A stretch of 64,000 nucleotides of DNA from Spongospora subterranea f. sp. subterranea. Its lineage: Eukaryota. Shown here piece by piece: positions 24,623 to 38,293 of this stretch. The notes beneath the pieces are model-generated. The model did no database searches, had not been told where the DNA came from, and saw only the letters and a program-made list of their open reading frames with translations. Position 1 is the stretch's first letter. Every line of letters starts with the position of its first letter. The stretch is from positions 1-64,000 of the forward strand of contig JAUGWO010000007.1 of NCBI GenBank assembly GCA_049724395.1. Direction: 5' to 3'. Both the position numbers and the translations under genes were made by a program.

Positions 24623-26018
24623 TCAAAAGAGGGTTAGTTCCTCATGATGATGATCATCGTCATCATCCATATATGTGTGAATACAATCATCATCTTCATC
24701 GCTAGATGTTGAATAATAATGCATCGCATCGCCGTCTTCCGAGATAATTCCATCGTCATCATCATCCGATGAACTGGTGAATGAACCGTCTTCCTCAGCA
24801 TTACGGCCAGAACCTTCGCTGGAGAAGGATCGTGATACGCCACGCCTGCGATCAACTAGTCCAATTCGAACTGTTAGCGAGCCCATCTCGAACATGTCTT
24901 TTGCTTCAGCTGCTGTCAACGGGAGTGGGAATGGATCACTGGTCCGTTTAGTACGGGTGAATTGAACAGGAACAATAACAGGGGTAAAGTTGGGTATTTC
25001 CGAATCAGGACCTTTGAGAAGGAAGGCGGTCATTCTCATACGCTGAGAACGACGTGACCTTTGCGTTAAAAAAAGACTGACCGACTGTTCTGATGAGGCT
25101 GGAGACGATAATGTTGGTGCAGAACCTTCAGCAGTGACTGTAGCTGCGGGAGCAGTAGGTGTAGATGAATCGACCGGAACTGCAGACGAGGAGGTCGAAG
25201 CAACAGGTGCTGCTGCAGCATCACCTGACGACGGTGCAGTCTTTTTCGGCTTCATGTCCAATTCCAGAGATAAAGTCGCGCCAAACGCCTTGAAAGGCTT
25301 ACTGGAGATGACTTCACAAATTGTATCGCGCTCAATTACTACTTCCCTGATCAGAATATCTCGGCATCTTGACGACAATAGCTCCGCGATCTTGATTTGA
25401 GAAACGACTTCGGCGCGTTTACGTCGTTCCTCCTGTTTCTGGCATGTAGCTCGTTCTAATACTCGTTTTAAAATGCTTTTGGCTGATTTTTGACGCAAAG
25501 TGCACTCTCGTTGATGCGCTTTCAACTTAGAGTTGTAATCTTTCCAGTCACATCCAAGTGGTGCAAATTTACAATGAGCGATTCTAAACGGGCATAGCTC
25601 TGACGCATGAGCGCGAACCTTTCCAAACGCGAGCCGTTCCATGCAACCAGCATTGGTACACGGAACAATAATTGTAGCCAGAATAGATTCCGCGAACCTG
25701 TTTCGAGACGGACGATCCCGAGAGAGCTTCGCCCTACATGTCGGGCAAACACATTGGTACGCTTCAATTACGCGATCATGGCACTCGTCGCAGAGAAGAT
25801 GGCCGTTTGGACACTGTACGATTTTTCCAACTGGGAATTCCAAACAAACAACACACTTGAGATCGTCCTCATCGACCTTAAACGGAAGCGTAACTTTGGG
25901 GGCTTTAACCATCGGTTGGCCGGTAGCGTCTTCAGAGGTTGCCTGGTTGGCGTCCCCCGGATTCCGCTCTAGTTCTTCGGCGCGTGTGATTAGCTGGCGC
26001 GTCGGTTGTGGAAGCCAT
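24623..26018 (-). CDS. CYHR1/ZFTRAF1-like RING + TRAF-type zinc finger protein (start uncertain)
   Basis: CVVCLEFP...QCPNGHLLCDEC...CPTCR...RNRFAE, then CKFAPLGCDW; acidic tail. The ATG at 26018 is one base out of frame, and the next in-frame ATG is at ~25912. Confidence 0.8.
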
Positions 26019-26387
26019 TGCGATGTGAATAGGAGCGGGAAACAAAGATGATCTAATGAAGATGAAGAGTCGAACGGTAGTATAGCAGTCGCCTCTGACT
26101 CACTTCTACTGGGAATAATACAGAGCTCGGCCTTCAGAGACTGAGATCTGTAACAGAAAACTCGACAGATTTGTGGGAATGGAGCAGAGAGGAAGTCCGT
26201 CCACGGAGATTCTGCGATATCTGCGCGGTCGCCGCCAACCAAAACTCGCGGAGCCTCTTGGGACACACCATAGGGTTTGATACGACGATGCGAGGAGAGA
26301 ACCCATAGAGCACGAAGATCCTCAATGCGTAAACGGATTCTAAACAGTTTCTGTGTTGGCGCGTTGGCTGCAAGGGCACCGTGAAGC

Positions 26388-26642
26388 ATGTCACCTCGGA
26401 ACCGGATAGACCTTTATGAGAGATGCGATGTTGCGATGCGATCGGTCCGAGATTCATTTGCAGACTTTAGTAGGCGAATTTTTGTGCAAGCTCCAACGGT
26501 AGTATATTTACATTCCATAGGCGAGCAGCTTGAACAATTCCAGTTGGCGGCGGAACAGACTAATTCACTGATTCAGCGTTGGGTCTCGATTATGAGCAAA
26601 TATCAGACTACTGTACCCAATCAGGTCATAAGGGCAAAATAA
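26388..26642 (+). CDS. Small helical protein, possibly DASH/Dam1 complex subunit Duo1-like
   Basis: QLEQFQLAAEQTNSLIQRWVSIMS resembles the Duo1 L..W..I.S helix. Confidence 0.4.
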   Translation: MSPRNRIDLYERCDVAMRSVRDSFADFSRRIFVQAPTVVYLHSIGEQLEQFQLAAEQTNSLIQRWVSIMSKYQTTVPNQVIRAK

Positions 26643-27788
26643 ATTCCAAAAATTACTGCGATTAAATAGGATTATCAGTTTTTGTTAGTAATGACAAGTC
26701 GTTACGCTAGTGAATATGTTTAAGATGTCGCGCCGTCGTTGTTGATGTCATATCCGCACCATGCTCTGCGCTTGAATCGCTCTGAGGTGTTGGTTCATCT
26801 TCGGACGCTAGTGATCTGGAGGTATCGGATCTTTTTATGAACCTTCCGCACTCACTTGACCGCGGCCGAGCCATCGCCAGATTTCTTCTAGATTCGCATC
26901 TACAGCAAGCGTTTTCATCACATCAGTGAGGTCGAGGATACAGTAGTTGCGCCTACTTTCCGCTAATGATTACATGGGTGTCATTCCAGAGTTTTCTCTG
27001 CTCTCTCCTTTTCAAAATTCGAGCGTCTGTAAACCACGTTCCCGAGTTAATCAAGTTCAGAAATACTGGCTATACATTCTAACATTGCTTCCGATTCACA
27101 CTGATGTCTTGAAGATTACGGCATGCTGCTGATGTCTGATCTGTTGCCATTGTCCTGATTGGAAACTGCTCACAGGCCTGTCTGCCTCTGTTGGAGTTGA
27201 CTACTGTAGCTCGTCAAATACATATGGCAACTGGCTCAGTTCGTAATGAGAGGACGCGCGTCATCGAGTTTGGCGCCAAAAATTGTCGACCTCCGGAGAT
27301 TATTGATACGAGAATGTACTACAACGCCAGATTGTTTTTTTTGTCGCTCTAGCTAATTTCACAGGCCATCCCATCAACCGGTTGCAATGAAAAAAAAAAC
27401 ATCATTGATTCCATATAACAGAGATAACCAAAATGGTGCAGATGTTTATTGAGAAATTCGCTGTTTTAGATTACTATGGATCTTGTTCATAACCCCTTTT
27501 GACAGATCGAAACCTTATCACATTGACGTCCCGCCTGCCGCAATTGCCTGTAGCCGTCAGAACCCGTTTACTGGATAATGAAGGCGACAGCAGTTGATGA
27601 TGCCTGGTAGTGATGCCTAACGGGATGTGTCGTCTATGGAAGGGGGTCGATATCCCCTATGGTCTAGTGACCGTGTGGGGCTGTTCCCTCCCCGCCCTCT
27701 ATCGCGGAATGACTATGACCCGTAACCGTATACAGTTATTTAACACTGGTCCTCGTGTAGTGTATCAATTGTTCTCCCACCCCAATAG

Positions 27789-28952
27789 ATGCATACCGAT
27801 TACGATAGGATAACGGCAGCATTACTGTATGTCCTGTTAATCGCTCGATCTTCGGCTAACCATTAACCATCATTAATCAACATGCCTCTTTTTCAGCGGC
27901 ACCTTATTTACATGGTTTCTCACCGCATTAGGAGCGGGCAGTGTTGTCTTATTTCCGACCTCAATGTCGGCTCCCAAACAGCGACGGATCATGGATAGTT
28001 CATTCGGGTAAATACGGAATCTTCACGCTCCCGTCGGGGCTAAGACTGACGGTTGTAGATTCGCTGCTGGAGTAATGTTATCGGCGTCGTTTTGGTCATT
28101 GCTAAATCCTGCATTGGAACTCTCAAAACAATCTGCCATGTTTGCCGCATACCCATTCGTGCCCGTATCTCTTGGATTCATCGCAGGGTGCGTGTTTGTC
28201 CATGGCGCAGACTGGTGTTTGAAGGAATATCATCTTGATATCACTCCTTCATCGCCATCTGCAAAACCGGATGCTGATGATAAAGTCACCAAACACAAAT
28301 CTCAGACGCAATGGAGGCGGACGTTGCTCATGTAACCACCACTTTTCCATTAAACTTAGTTTAGTTTCTGATTACACATTGGATAGAGTTATTGCAATTA
28401 CTGCCCACAACGTTCGTCTGAATCGTGTCTAATTTTTTCTTCCGACTTGAAACTCTACCAAATAGATTCCTGAAGGGCTCGCTGTTGGTGTTGCGTTCAT
28501 GACGAATCCGATTCCTCGTGCCAAGGCGTTAGCGTTTGCGATAGGACTGCAAAACTTTCCTGAGGGCCTAGCCGTTTCGCTTCCGCTATATAGATCTGGC
28601 GTATCTCTTTGGAAGGTTGCTATGACTTCATGCATGTGACATCACACATATCAATGTTTCCAAGGCGGTCTTCATGGGACAATTATCAGGAATGGTGGAA
28701 CCGATAAGCGGTGTAGTTGGCGCCCATATGGTTTCTATATGTAGGCCTTTGTTGCCATGGACAATGGCGTTTGCGTCAGGTAGATCGTCGCTTTAACGCA
28801 TATCCAATCTTAAAACTGTCCCAGGAGCCATGGTTTTTGTAGTTTTTGATGACATATTGCCTGAATCTACATCAGAAGGAAATACTCGCCTATCTTCGTG
28901 GTCGGCGATAGTCGGTTTCGTTGTCATGATGACACTGGATCTATTATTATAA
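27789..28952 (+). CDS. ZIP-family zinc transporter, GufA/ZIP11-like (multi-exon)
   Basis: [68 protein letters not shown] and [14 protein letters not shown]. Confidence 0.93.
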
Positions 28953-29061
28953 ATTGTGATTGCTGTTCGGTAACCTCCCCCCCTCCCCCAAGATGGTATT
29001 GTGTGACGTACTACTTTCCATCTCCAACTCAGGGATGTGCAGTTCTCCTCTCGACCTGTAA

Positions 29062-32000
29062 ATGGCTAACGCCGACGAGGAAAGCGACGCTCGCAGACTC
29101 GAGGATGATAATGAAATCGACTTGTCCGAATTTGCGCGCAAGCTCAAGAGCAAGATATTCAATGCATCGTATAGTTTGAGTTTGCAGTCGCAAAAATCGT
29201 CGTTGGGCGCGCTGTGGATCCCAACTTATCTTGTCGAGTTTCTGCAATTAATTCGATTTCTTGTCCCCGATGACGAATCGCAGCTGAAGTTTTCTTTTGA
29301 CGACACCTCCTTCCTTCGTGGCATTTGCTCTGCTGTGTCGGCAAACTCCTACTCAACCGCATTCGGTGCAACGGGTGGCAATATCGCCGCGTGTATATTA
29401 ACATTATTCGCGCTGTGGTTGTTCGTCATCATCGCTCTCGATAAACCCTATAGCAAAAATCCAGTTCTGCTCAGGTTCACTGTCTTCTACTTGCAAACCA
29501 TTTCGTCGATCCTGTTCATTCCTACTTTGAACATAACCATGAGCCTGTGCGTCTCGACATCTGTTTCGTGTGTTTTGATTGGGTTAATCTCGATATCCGC
29601 GCTATTGTTTCTTACTTGTATTGCCATCTTTGGCCTTCCTCCAGCTGTGGCGGATCCCAACTCTTTCATTGCCAGGCCTGGCGCCTGGGTCGAGCAATGG
29701 TTTGTCTTTTTTAAGGTTATCTTTGTGGCCGTTGCGTCGCTGACCTCTCCCCCTTTGGTGCCCATGACCTTGATTGTAGCAGTGATGGGATCAATAGCAA
29801 CATCATATAGCTATGTCTGGACTCTTCCCGACTTCAACATCATCACTCTCTACTATCGGGCCAGCATATTTTTCTCACTATCGTGGACTAGTGTTGTTTA
29901 TGCCGTCGCTGTTTTCCTGGATAATCCTGATTCATCTGGCCCCGTTTATATGCTAATAGCAGGTAAACGCACATTTCATAGAACTGACGACATCAATTTC
30001 AAACATTGTGACATTGCTTTGACAGGAATCCCATTGGTCGTTGCCGGTTCTTGTGTGCTTGTAATGATGCGTTTAGAGAGTATCAAGAAAATCCCTTCAG
30101 GGAAACTGGAACATCCATACGAGGTCGATTTGAAATGCCGTTTAATACTACAGCTAGCACAGAAAGAGGCCCGAGACGCGTTAATTGCCACATCGATAGA
30201 GCTGTTCGAAGAGGATGACGCCGATCGCACTGTCATATCTGATAAGGTGTCTGCCATCCTGTACAGGAGGTATACCGAAGCGAAGCAGGTCATGGAAATC
30301 GGTATATCTAAGTTTCCTGATTCGCCCTATTTACACATTCGGATGGGGATCTTATACTTTCGCTATTTGCATATTAACCTCAACGGTTATGATCATCTAT
30401 TCAGAGCAGCTGATCTGTCGAACCGAATCGACTTTGATTACCTCATGTAAACAGCCCAATGTCGCCGTGATTGCCATTTTTCACCAAACGTTCAGGTATC
30501 GTACTCGGCGCGATTGTGAGCGAACTATTCTGGAAGCCGAAGCCAATCGGGACGTTGTCGCCTTCAATCGATACCAGAAATGCATGAAGTCAGGCTGCGA
30601 TCATGAGAAGGAGCTGACCCGAATCCTAATGTTGTTCTGGGGGGAGCTTCGTCAGCCATCCCCCGACGGCGACCTACTGTTGACTTTGGCAGATTCCATG
30701 ACCAAAAACGAGTTGGCCGCCAAAGCCTCCTACAAAGAGATGCTCAGAATTCACAGTAAATCGATTCGAGGATTGATAGAGTACGCGAAGTTCTTGACAG
30801 AAATCGGACACGATCCTGTTCGTGGACAGCGTCTCCTTTCTCGCGCCAAATCTGTCATGGATATGCGCAATCGAAGCCTTCTTGTGGACAAGTCGTTTCG
30901 ATCGGCGTTGTTCTCGGACCAATCAGCGATCATCGTCATGAGTGGTGATTCGCGAACCTTGGGAACGATCATCAACGTCAATACTGTCGCCGAGCAGCTT
31001 TTCGAGACGCCAAGGTCGAGTTTAGTAGGAAAGCATGTTGACATTCTCAGTGAGTGCCAGATGTCGAGCTTGAGAATCATCCCCTGATGTTTGCATCTAT
31101 AGTGCCGGAACCTATCGCCAGCAAGCATGACTTTATCGTCAGACGAAATTTGACAAATGGGACCAAGAGTCTGCTCGATAAACGGCGGCTAATCATTGTC
31201 ATGCTGAGATCGGGGTTGATAATTGACGTGATCATTTTCTTGAAGCTATATGTGGAAGAGCTGAGCACTCAATCGTTCCTAGCTGTCGTCACTCCGTGCA
31301 ACCCTGAATCCGTCCAAATGGTTGTCGATCCGCGTGATGGATTGGTGACGGCAGTATCGGCGACCGCACTGGAGTTCTTCAACATCACCAAAGAGGCTGT
31401 TGACGCACACGAAATAGGCATTCGGCAACTTCTTCCAGAGTACGACGAGCAAAAGGCCACGTTCATGATGGGCGACGCCCGCCACGATTCTGAGATGGCC
31501 GGATTAGAGGTACAGTTAACTGTTCAAGACCGAGTCTCAACAGTTCACATTCGATTTGATGAACATCACCTTCTCGACAATGAATCTGCCGAAATTGTTC
31601 GTATCCGGTTCAGCAAGTCCCAGTCTATGCCCGTGAGCAACGTAGAAGGCGATCGCGATTCTGAGCAGTCGGAAAATGAATCAACATATGAAGGCACATC
31701 TAGGGCATCCAGCGTACGTTCCGTTCCTGCAACCATTCCAGACGACACCACAGTAACCGTCGTTCCTGCTAATAACAATCACATCACTCGTTCCCCGTTT
31801 CACCGACCGAAGATGGCCATGTCCCGGGTTCAAATTGCTGTTGGGAAAGGCACGGCCAAGCCGAAGAACAGTTGCCCTCGTACTGATCCAGGAACAACGG
31901 CGACAACTTCTAGCTCGACAGTGGAGCTATTATTGGCAGACCTATCTAGGAAAGGCAGATCAATGGACTTGTAATCGCTCGTCCTATATCATCGCCCTTG

Positions 32001-34186
32001 GAATGCTGAGCTGTTATTATTGCAGGTCCCTGGTGAGATTCCAGCGAATATATCGCATTGCTCAGGTGTGTATAGTTGGAATAATGATTGGAATGGCGAT
32101 ATTTCAGTATAATAGCCTAGGGGAATGTACGGTGGCATCATTGTGAACTCCACTGAAAAATGCTGATTCTCCCGTTTTTGAAAACTTTAGATGTCAACAA
32201 CATAGCTCTAATTGAAGCAAGTGGAGCTCGGCGGGTTGCGTTGATTCAAATGGCTTATATGGCATATTCATTGGTTTTGATTAACAAGGGCGTTAGTCTT
32301 CCTGGTGGAGTTGACGAAAACTTCGCCCGCCAGAGTCTGGTAAGCTTCGCACTCGAACGCTCCTTAATAAACGTAAAGCTAAACCTACGGAAAACATAGT
32401 TATCCGCGGCGACGTCCATGATTCAATCAGATGATCTTGTTCATTCCGTTTTATATACCCGATCATCTGACGCGATTTCTCAATCCAGCGTCGCCAAGAA
32501 CCAACTTCGTATTCGAGTCGGACAGGATGAATTGGTGATTTTAAAAACCATCCATGAAGCTTGTTCCTACCTATCAAGCCGATCGCAAATGGCTGCGATC
32601 ATGCCGTTAGACCAATTTTCGGACAGCTCCGAACTGGTCTACGTGCTCATGGAGAATATTCGTGGCCCTTCATCGTTCATGCGTGTCATGAACACAACAG
32701 CAAACAAGTTCGCAGACGAGGCGGTCGTTACGCTGACATCATCGTTCAACTTATGGATAATCCTTTCAGTCTTGGCGATATTTTTCGTCGCCCTGCTCCT
32801 GTGGCTATTACTACGACCTCGTCAGTATGCTCGTTGTTGCTCAGTTTGAGTTGTTTTTAAGCACAATCTACACACAGTGGTGAAAACTATCCAGAAAGAC
32901 GAATCTGAGATCATGGGGTTTTTTCTAGAAATCGCTCCTGAAAAAGTAAGATGTTTTGGTGATGCTTTCCCAATGAAGGGTGATGACGAAATTTGCCCCT
33001 TTAGATCCAGGTCATTGAACGACATTATCAGGAACGTTACGAACAGTTTATGACGGCGAAAGTCTATAAAGAGAAAGCGGTGATGAACGACAGGAGGGCC
33101 GACGGTCAGGGCGTCGACCACGGCGATCGAGATGAAGTGTCCAGGGCGAACAGCAGAGCGGATCGAGAATCCCAGGCCAGCTTTGCTGTCGTAAAACCCG
33201 AGATGAAGCGGAACAACCGTCATCGCTCACTATCATCCGGGAATAGCGCAGGGTTGGATAAGTTTATCAGCCTAATCAAGACGTATATCCTGGTGGTGAT
33301 CGTCAATATTTACATAATCCTGGTCATTTCCTTGATCGTGATGAACCCATCCCTCTCGGAGACGGCTACTACCGCAATGAGCGATCTGAATTACACCACG
33401 ATTATCATATCGCAGAGCCTCATCGTATTGCATGCTCTGAGATTGTTCGGCGCTGCTGTTGGTGGTGTACCTCCAAATTCATTCGGATACGATTACTCAG
33501 AGGTTACCGAGGAGATCGCCATCTTGGAAAATCACCTAAGGTACTTCTCCTTTAGCACGGGCAACCCTCAACATATTGGATACCTTGATCGGCACTATCA
33601 ACGCGACGATCTGTTTCAACTAACTTACGATGACGGATGCCTTGGATGGCAGGATACGCCATCCATATCGGCTGCGAACTGTGACGCATATCTGGATGGA
33701 GTTATGTCAGGAGGTACTGCATTTGCCCAGCGACGTTTCGCGATTGCGACTCGAATGGCGGCCATGAGATTCGAAGCAGCAAATCGCAGATCGAACGATT
33801 CTGAAATGGGTCCACTTCAACTTGGTTCCTTCACTCATCGAACCCCACAAGAGCTCAATGCAACTTTAGCTGATCTTAGTTTCGCTATGGCGAATGAATT
33901 ATTGCTCGACTACAATATCCCGCAGCTGCTGGAAACTATCCAACAGCAGGATGGGTTTACAACGGATGCGTTTGCATATGTAAGAAGTCTGCAAATTATT
34001 CTGTTGATTGCTGTATGCGTCGCCGTCGTCGGGTCCTACTTCTTCATATTCCAGCCCATGATCATCTTCCTTGATGAAGGGATCAAACGAACTCGATCAC
34101 TGTTGTTATTAATCCCGTCAGACGTCGTCAGCTCGATGAGCTCCATTAGAGACTACGTCCGGCGGCAACAGGAAAAAACAAAATAA
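29062..34186 (+). CDS. Large multi-pass membrane protein with a PAS domain, TmcB/TmcC-like (multi-exon)
   Basis: N-terminal TM bundle, TPR-like helices (YAKFLTEI), PAS (GTIINVNTVAEQLFE...LVGKHVDIL..PEPIASKHD), two further TM pairs, and C-terminal IKRTRSLLLLIPSDVV. Confidence 0.8.
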
Positions 34187-34613
34187 ACTAGGGAACCATA
34201 TCGGAGGTAGTTCTGTCAGTATAACGTGCCGGATACTCATCATTGTTGTACGATCGGTGAAAGTCTCATTACATAATCGGCTTTGAACAACAAAGCCCAT
34301 GAATGATCGATCACAAAATAATTTCCGGCGCGTCTATTATTTGATATACCATAAATGCTTCTTCATAGCATGAAAAAAAACTACACAGCGATGTCTCCAT
34401 CATAAACAATTTTCCAAATGGCCACAATCGCCGCCATATCGAGAAGCTCAAACCCGTCCAGATAGGTCAAATTTTTGGATCTGCGATACCGATTCAAAGC
34501 GACGATTGAACAGTTAATCTGTTTAGTTTGAAAAGTAAAAGATCGTACGAAGTCAATGGACAATCACGGACTCCGTCACCAGTTTATGGCCATACCGAGT
34601 CTATCGTGGGAAC

Positions 34614-36412
34614 ATGGCGTCATCCATAGTCGAACACGCCAGGGCGTTGCACGAAGACAGTGAGCGGCGAAGGGTTGATGTGGTGCAAGATTTTGTCCAC
34701 AATAAACCCAGAACGGTACGATGAATTTTCGGCGAATTTTCTGTTGGACCTGGTTGTTGCATCAATACTAAGTATCACTGTTCAGCATAAAGGGGATTTG
34801 CTTCAACAGCACCGCCTGGCAACTTGCATTGAAGCAATTCACAAGAATAATACTGGGTTACAAGCTATTTATCAAGATGAAGACAGGTTTGATGGTGGAC
34901 CGTTTTGTCGATTACGTGATTTTTCTTCAACATCTTGCTAGGGCTTTAGCGGAGGAGCTGGAGCGAATTACTCCCAGTAATATGTTCACTCTCTTCTACG
35001 AGGAACTCAAAGTTCTTCGCGAATCTCAATGGCACTCTCGGCCAATGTATATGGGTGGCTTTTACGGTACGAAGCCGTCGCCTCTCAATATGTATTTTGG
35101 TATATGTATTTCGACTGTTTAGGGGACGATGATGGAGCTGGAGAATTGTCGAAACCAGAACCCGAATTACCAGTAACTTTCACAGGGGAGGAGAAGTTTG
35201 GTAAATATGTGGATATGTCGCATCTTCACGAGAGGTAAAGTACCTTATTGTCTATTCGCAATCAACCTAAGTTTCAATTTCAGGTTTGTCAACCTGCCTA
35301 TATTCGGAAGGGCCAGAAACGTCTAGACTACAGCGAATATCTGAAAACGTTCTCTCGCAATATTCCAACCTGCCAAGGAATTCATGAATACGTTGATGCA
35401 TTATTGCAATATCTGAAGGATTTTCATTTTCGGATTCATCCGCTCTTCCCAATCGATAAGGTTTATTTCAAACCTAATGTATTTTGATCGGCCACACTGA
35501 ACAGTGTGTTTTAAAGATTGTTGCGGAAATCGAGCACGAATTCAATTCATCGATCTCTCCAAACGATCGGCTTTACTGCGCAGCTTGCCAGAAACGATTC
35601 ACCAAATCCAGTGTTCTCGACGCCCATTTTAAGTCTAAAAAACACCTCCGACGGGTTGAACAAGGACTAACGACACCGGGTTATCCGTTCAAATTGTATC
35701 AAGTTGAAATATTTGCGGAGCTATTGAGCGATGTGATCGCCAACACGGTTGCCAGAGTAGAAGTACAACAGACCAGGACATTTCAGGAAATACAAGTAAT
35801 TTCCTGCGATTTTCTCTTCGATATCTCGTATTTAACTGTACCATCACCACTTTCAGGCGGAGCGTAACGATTTTTCAGAAGAGGAATCCGAATCTGATGA
35901 TGATTCCGAGGAAGATACGGTTCTATATAACCCTAAGAATGTCCCATTAGGTAATAGTTTCAGCACATTTATAACTGGTTTACTGATATCAAATTCTGAT
36001 TAAGGTTGGGATGGAAAGCCAATCCCGTATTGGTTATATAAGCTGCATGGGCTCAACATCGAATATCGATGTGAGATATGCGGTAATTATGCGTATATGG
36101 GACCGAGGAATTTCGAAAGACATTTTACCGAATGGCGTCACGTCAACGGGATGAAATCGTTGAAGATCCCGAATTCGCATCATTTTAAATATGTGACCGA
36201 TATAAATGACGCCATCGCATTGTATAAAAAGGTTATTGTAGTGGCACGTTGGTGTGATTTTGAGACTAATTCGGGCTTGACCAATGTAGGTAAAGCAAAT
36301 AGAGAAAGGTCGCGAATGGATACCGGAGAACGACGAGGAAATGGAGGACAAACAAGGAAATGTATTTAAGAAGAAGACGTTTGACGATCTCAAACGACAA
36401 GGAATCATTTAG
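34614..36412 (+). CDS. SF3A3: Splicing factor 3A subunit 3 (Prp9), multi-exon
   Basis: [53 protein letters not shown]...[10 protein letters not shown] and DLKRQGII. Confidence 0.97.
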
Positions 36413-36926
36413 TGATGCCAACTCCATTGTGCTTTCCAATAAATGGCTTTTGAAAAATTGGTCTTAAGTATAATCTTCATTGCCTTGCTCTTATTTTTTA
36501 AATTGTTGTTTATTAATATCAATCCAGACCTATCCCTCAACATTAGCTAAACGGTGCCAAACCTTGCCACAGTTTCGTTGGTTGGCAGTTGTGAAAGCTT
36601 GATTTTATGATGTCGGTTAAACGCAGCAATTGATCATGTTCAAGTACCCATACGATATGCAATTAATTCCACAGTTTTGATCGTATACCAGACAGCTGGA
36701 TCTGTTGGTGCAACTTAATCATTTTCGGCGATCATCTACACTCATGCAGTGGATTCTCCACGTCAACGGAAGGCAGGACCTGTTGTTCAAAATGACTTGT
36801 CGTGAAGAATCCTGACTGTGTAACAAGATCGCGGACAATTGATGTTGTCCGCGTGTCAATCTGTTACCCCAACTCACCCCCTTTATCCGACGCGGCCTTA
36901 TCGGTTGTCACACATCCCAAGAGGCA

Positions 36927-37639
36927 ATGTCGCTGGATGGGTTGGCCTATGTCGAGGAGGTCTATGGGAATACTGACAGCCGCGCGGCGGCTGACGCAAT
37001 GGTCAAGGAAGAGCTCATTCGGACCGAACAATCACCCGATGGATGGCATCCGTCAATGCAGTTGGACAATATGACGCCATTCTCGGATATGGTCCAGGCT
37101 GAGATTCTTCGTATTGAACAAGGGGAACCTGCACTTCCCAGGAACAACTCCAGGTTGACATGTTGGCATTCTTCAAAGTTGTAGCTCATGTATAGTTTGT
37201 GACCAGATATGTCGTGAAACGGTCGGAAACGACTGATGACAAACAGGGTGAAAGCAATGTCAAGAGAGCGATGATATCAGCCGAGATGTCACAGATTCAC
37301 ATGATTAATGCCTCCCTTATGGATCGGTATGGTTCTGTTGCATGGGAGCAATTTATCTCAACATTAACACAACACGTTGCTGATATGAAAGCTCAAGTTC
37401 AATCAGTTATCTCCGAACAAAATAACAGTATGGGGAAAATGATTTCACTGACATTCGCCATGTTTACGTATTTGCCTCTAGTTAATGCCAAGAGAAAGAG
37501 AGCACAGTTTGATGCAGCAAACATTATCGCAGGGCTTGAAAACAAGTTTCAAGAAAGAACTCTTCGATGCCAACAACTCCATACAGCTATTTCTAGCAAG
37601 CGGGCTTTGATTAGTTCGTTTCATAGCAAGAACTTTTAA
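36927..37639 (+). CDS. BCAS2: Pre-mRNA splicing factor SPF27/BCAS2 (introns)
   Basis: LDGLAYVE...AADAMVKEEL, INASLMDRYGSVAW and VNAKRKRAQ. Confidence 0.8.
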
Positions 37640-38293
37640 AGAGACTAAATTATTTCCAAATCAGGGTTGCAATCTATACCTAAGCGTTGCTGTATCATCT
37701 CTTAGCTTTTTTCAATGCGTTATACAAAATCGGAGACAATTGTGTAGAACAATAACTGATTAGCTGAAACTGTATTGCCGTGTTATTCGACACACATCAT
37801 ACCGATACCCAATTTACGATTCGGTTTCTCTGGATCATTGATCGTGACAATACTTTAGAATCTATTACATGGTACCGAAAGCGTAAATATCGACCAACTA
37901 ACAGAACAGCAAACTCTCGTGTTTCTAATTAAATAATTTCCAGCCTTGTATTGACTTTATCACTAACCAAACCCGACCTGGTCCTGATTCTTTGTCCGTC
38001 GTCGGACCAGGTCGAGTGGGTGACCTGATGTGTACTCTACCGGTACATTCTCCGGGTCGCCGTCGCGCTGTGTCATTCGTGATCTGTTCACGTTCCAGTG
38101 ACAGCCTGGCTACATAGGACCTGGCCATACTTGATCAACGTGATTTGGCCAATATCTCCGCCTCTTATTATCCCCTTTTTCAAGTCAGCAGGTAATTGTG
38201 TTACGGAATGCATGACCTGTCTCAGTGCATCGGGTTTGACTAACTCAATGACAGGGTTTTCACTCTTCTTAATCAATATTCGTCTCATTGTCA

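Noticed and set aside
26020..26389. N-terminal ~125 aa of the 588-aa ORF
   Set aside because: This is probably a 5' UTR/promoter open by chance; it overlaps the start of the divergent gene and has no motif.
26700..27780. Gene or ncRNA between the Duo1-like and ZIP11 genes
   Set aside because: All frames are interrupted and no RNA family motif was recognised; left unresolved.
34614..37639. Functional cluster of splicing genes (SF3A3 next to BCAS2)
   Set aside because: Two adjacent genes in a compact genome can be chance, and no shared regulatory motif was seen.
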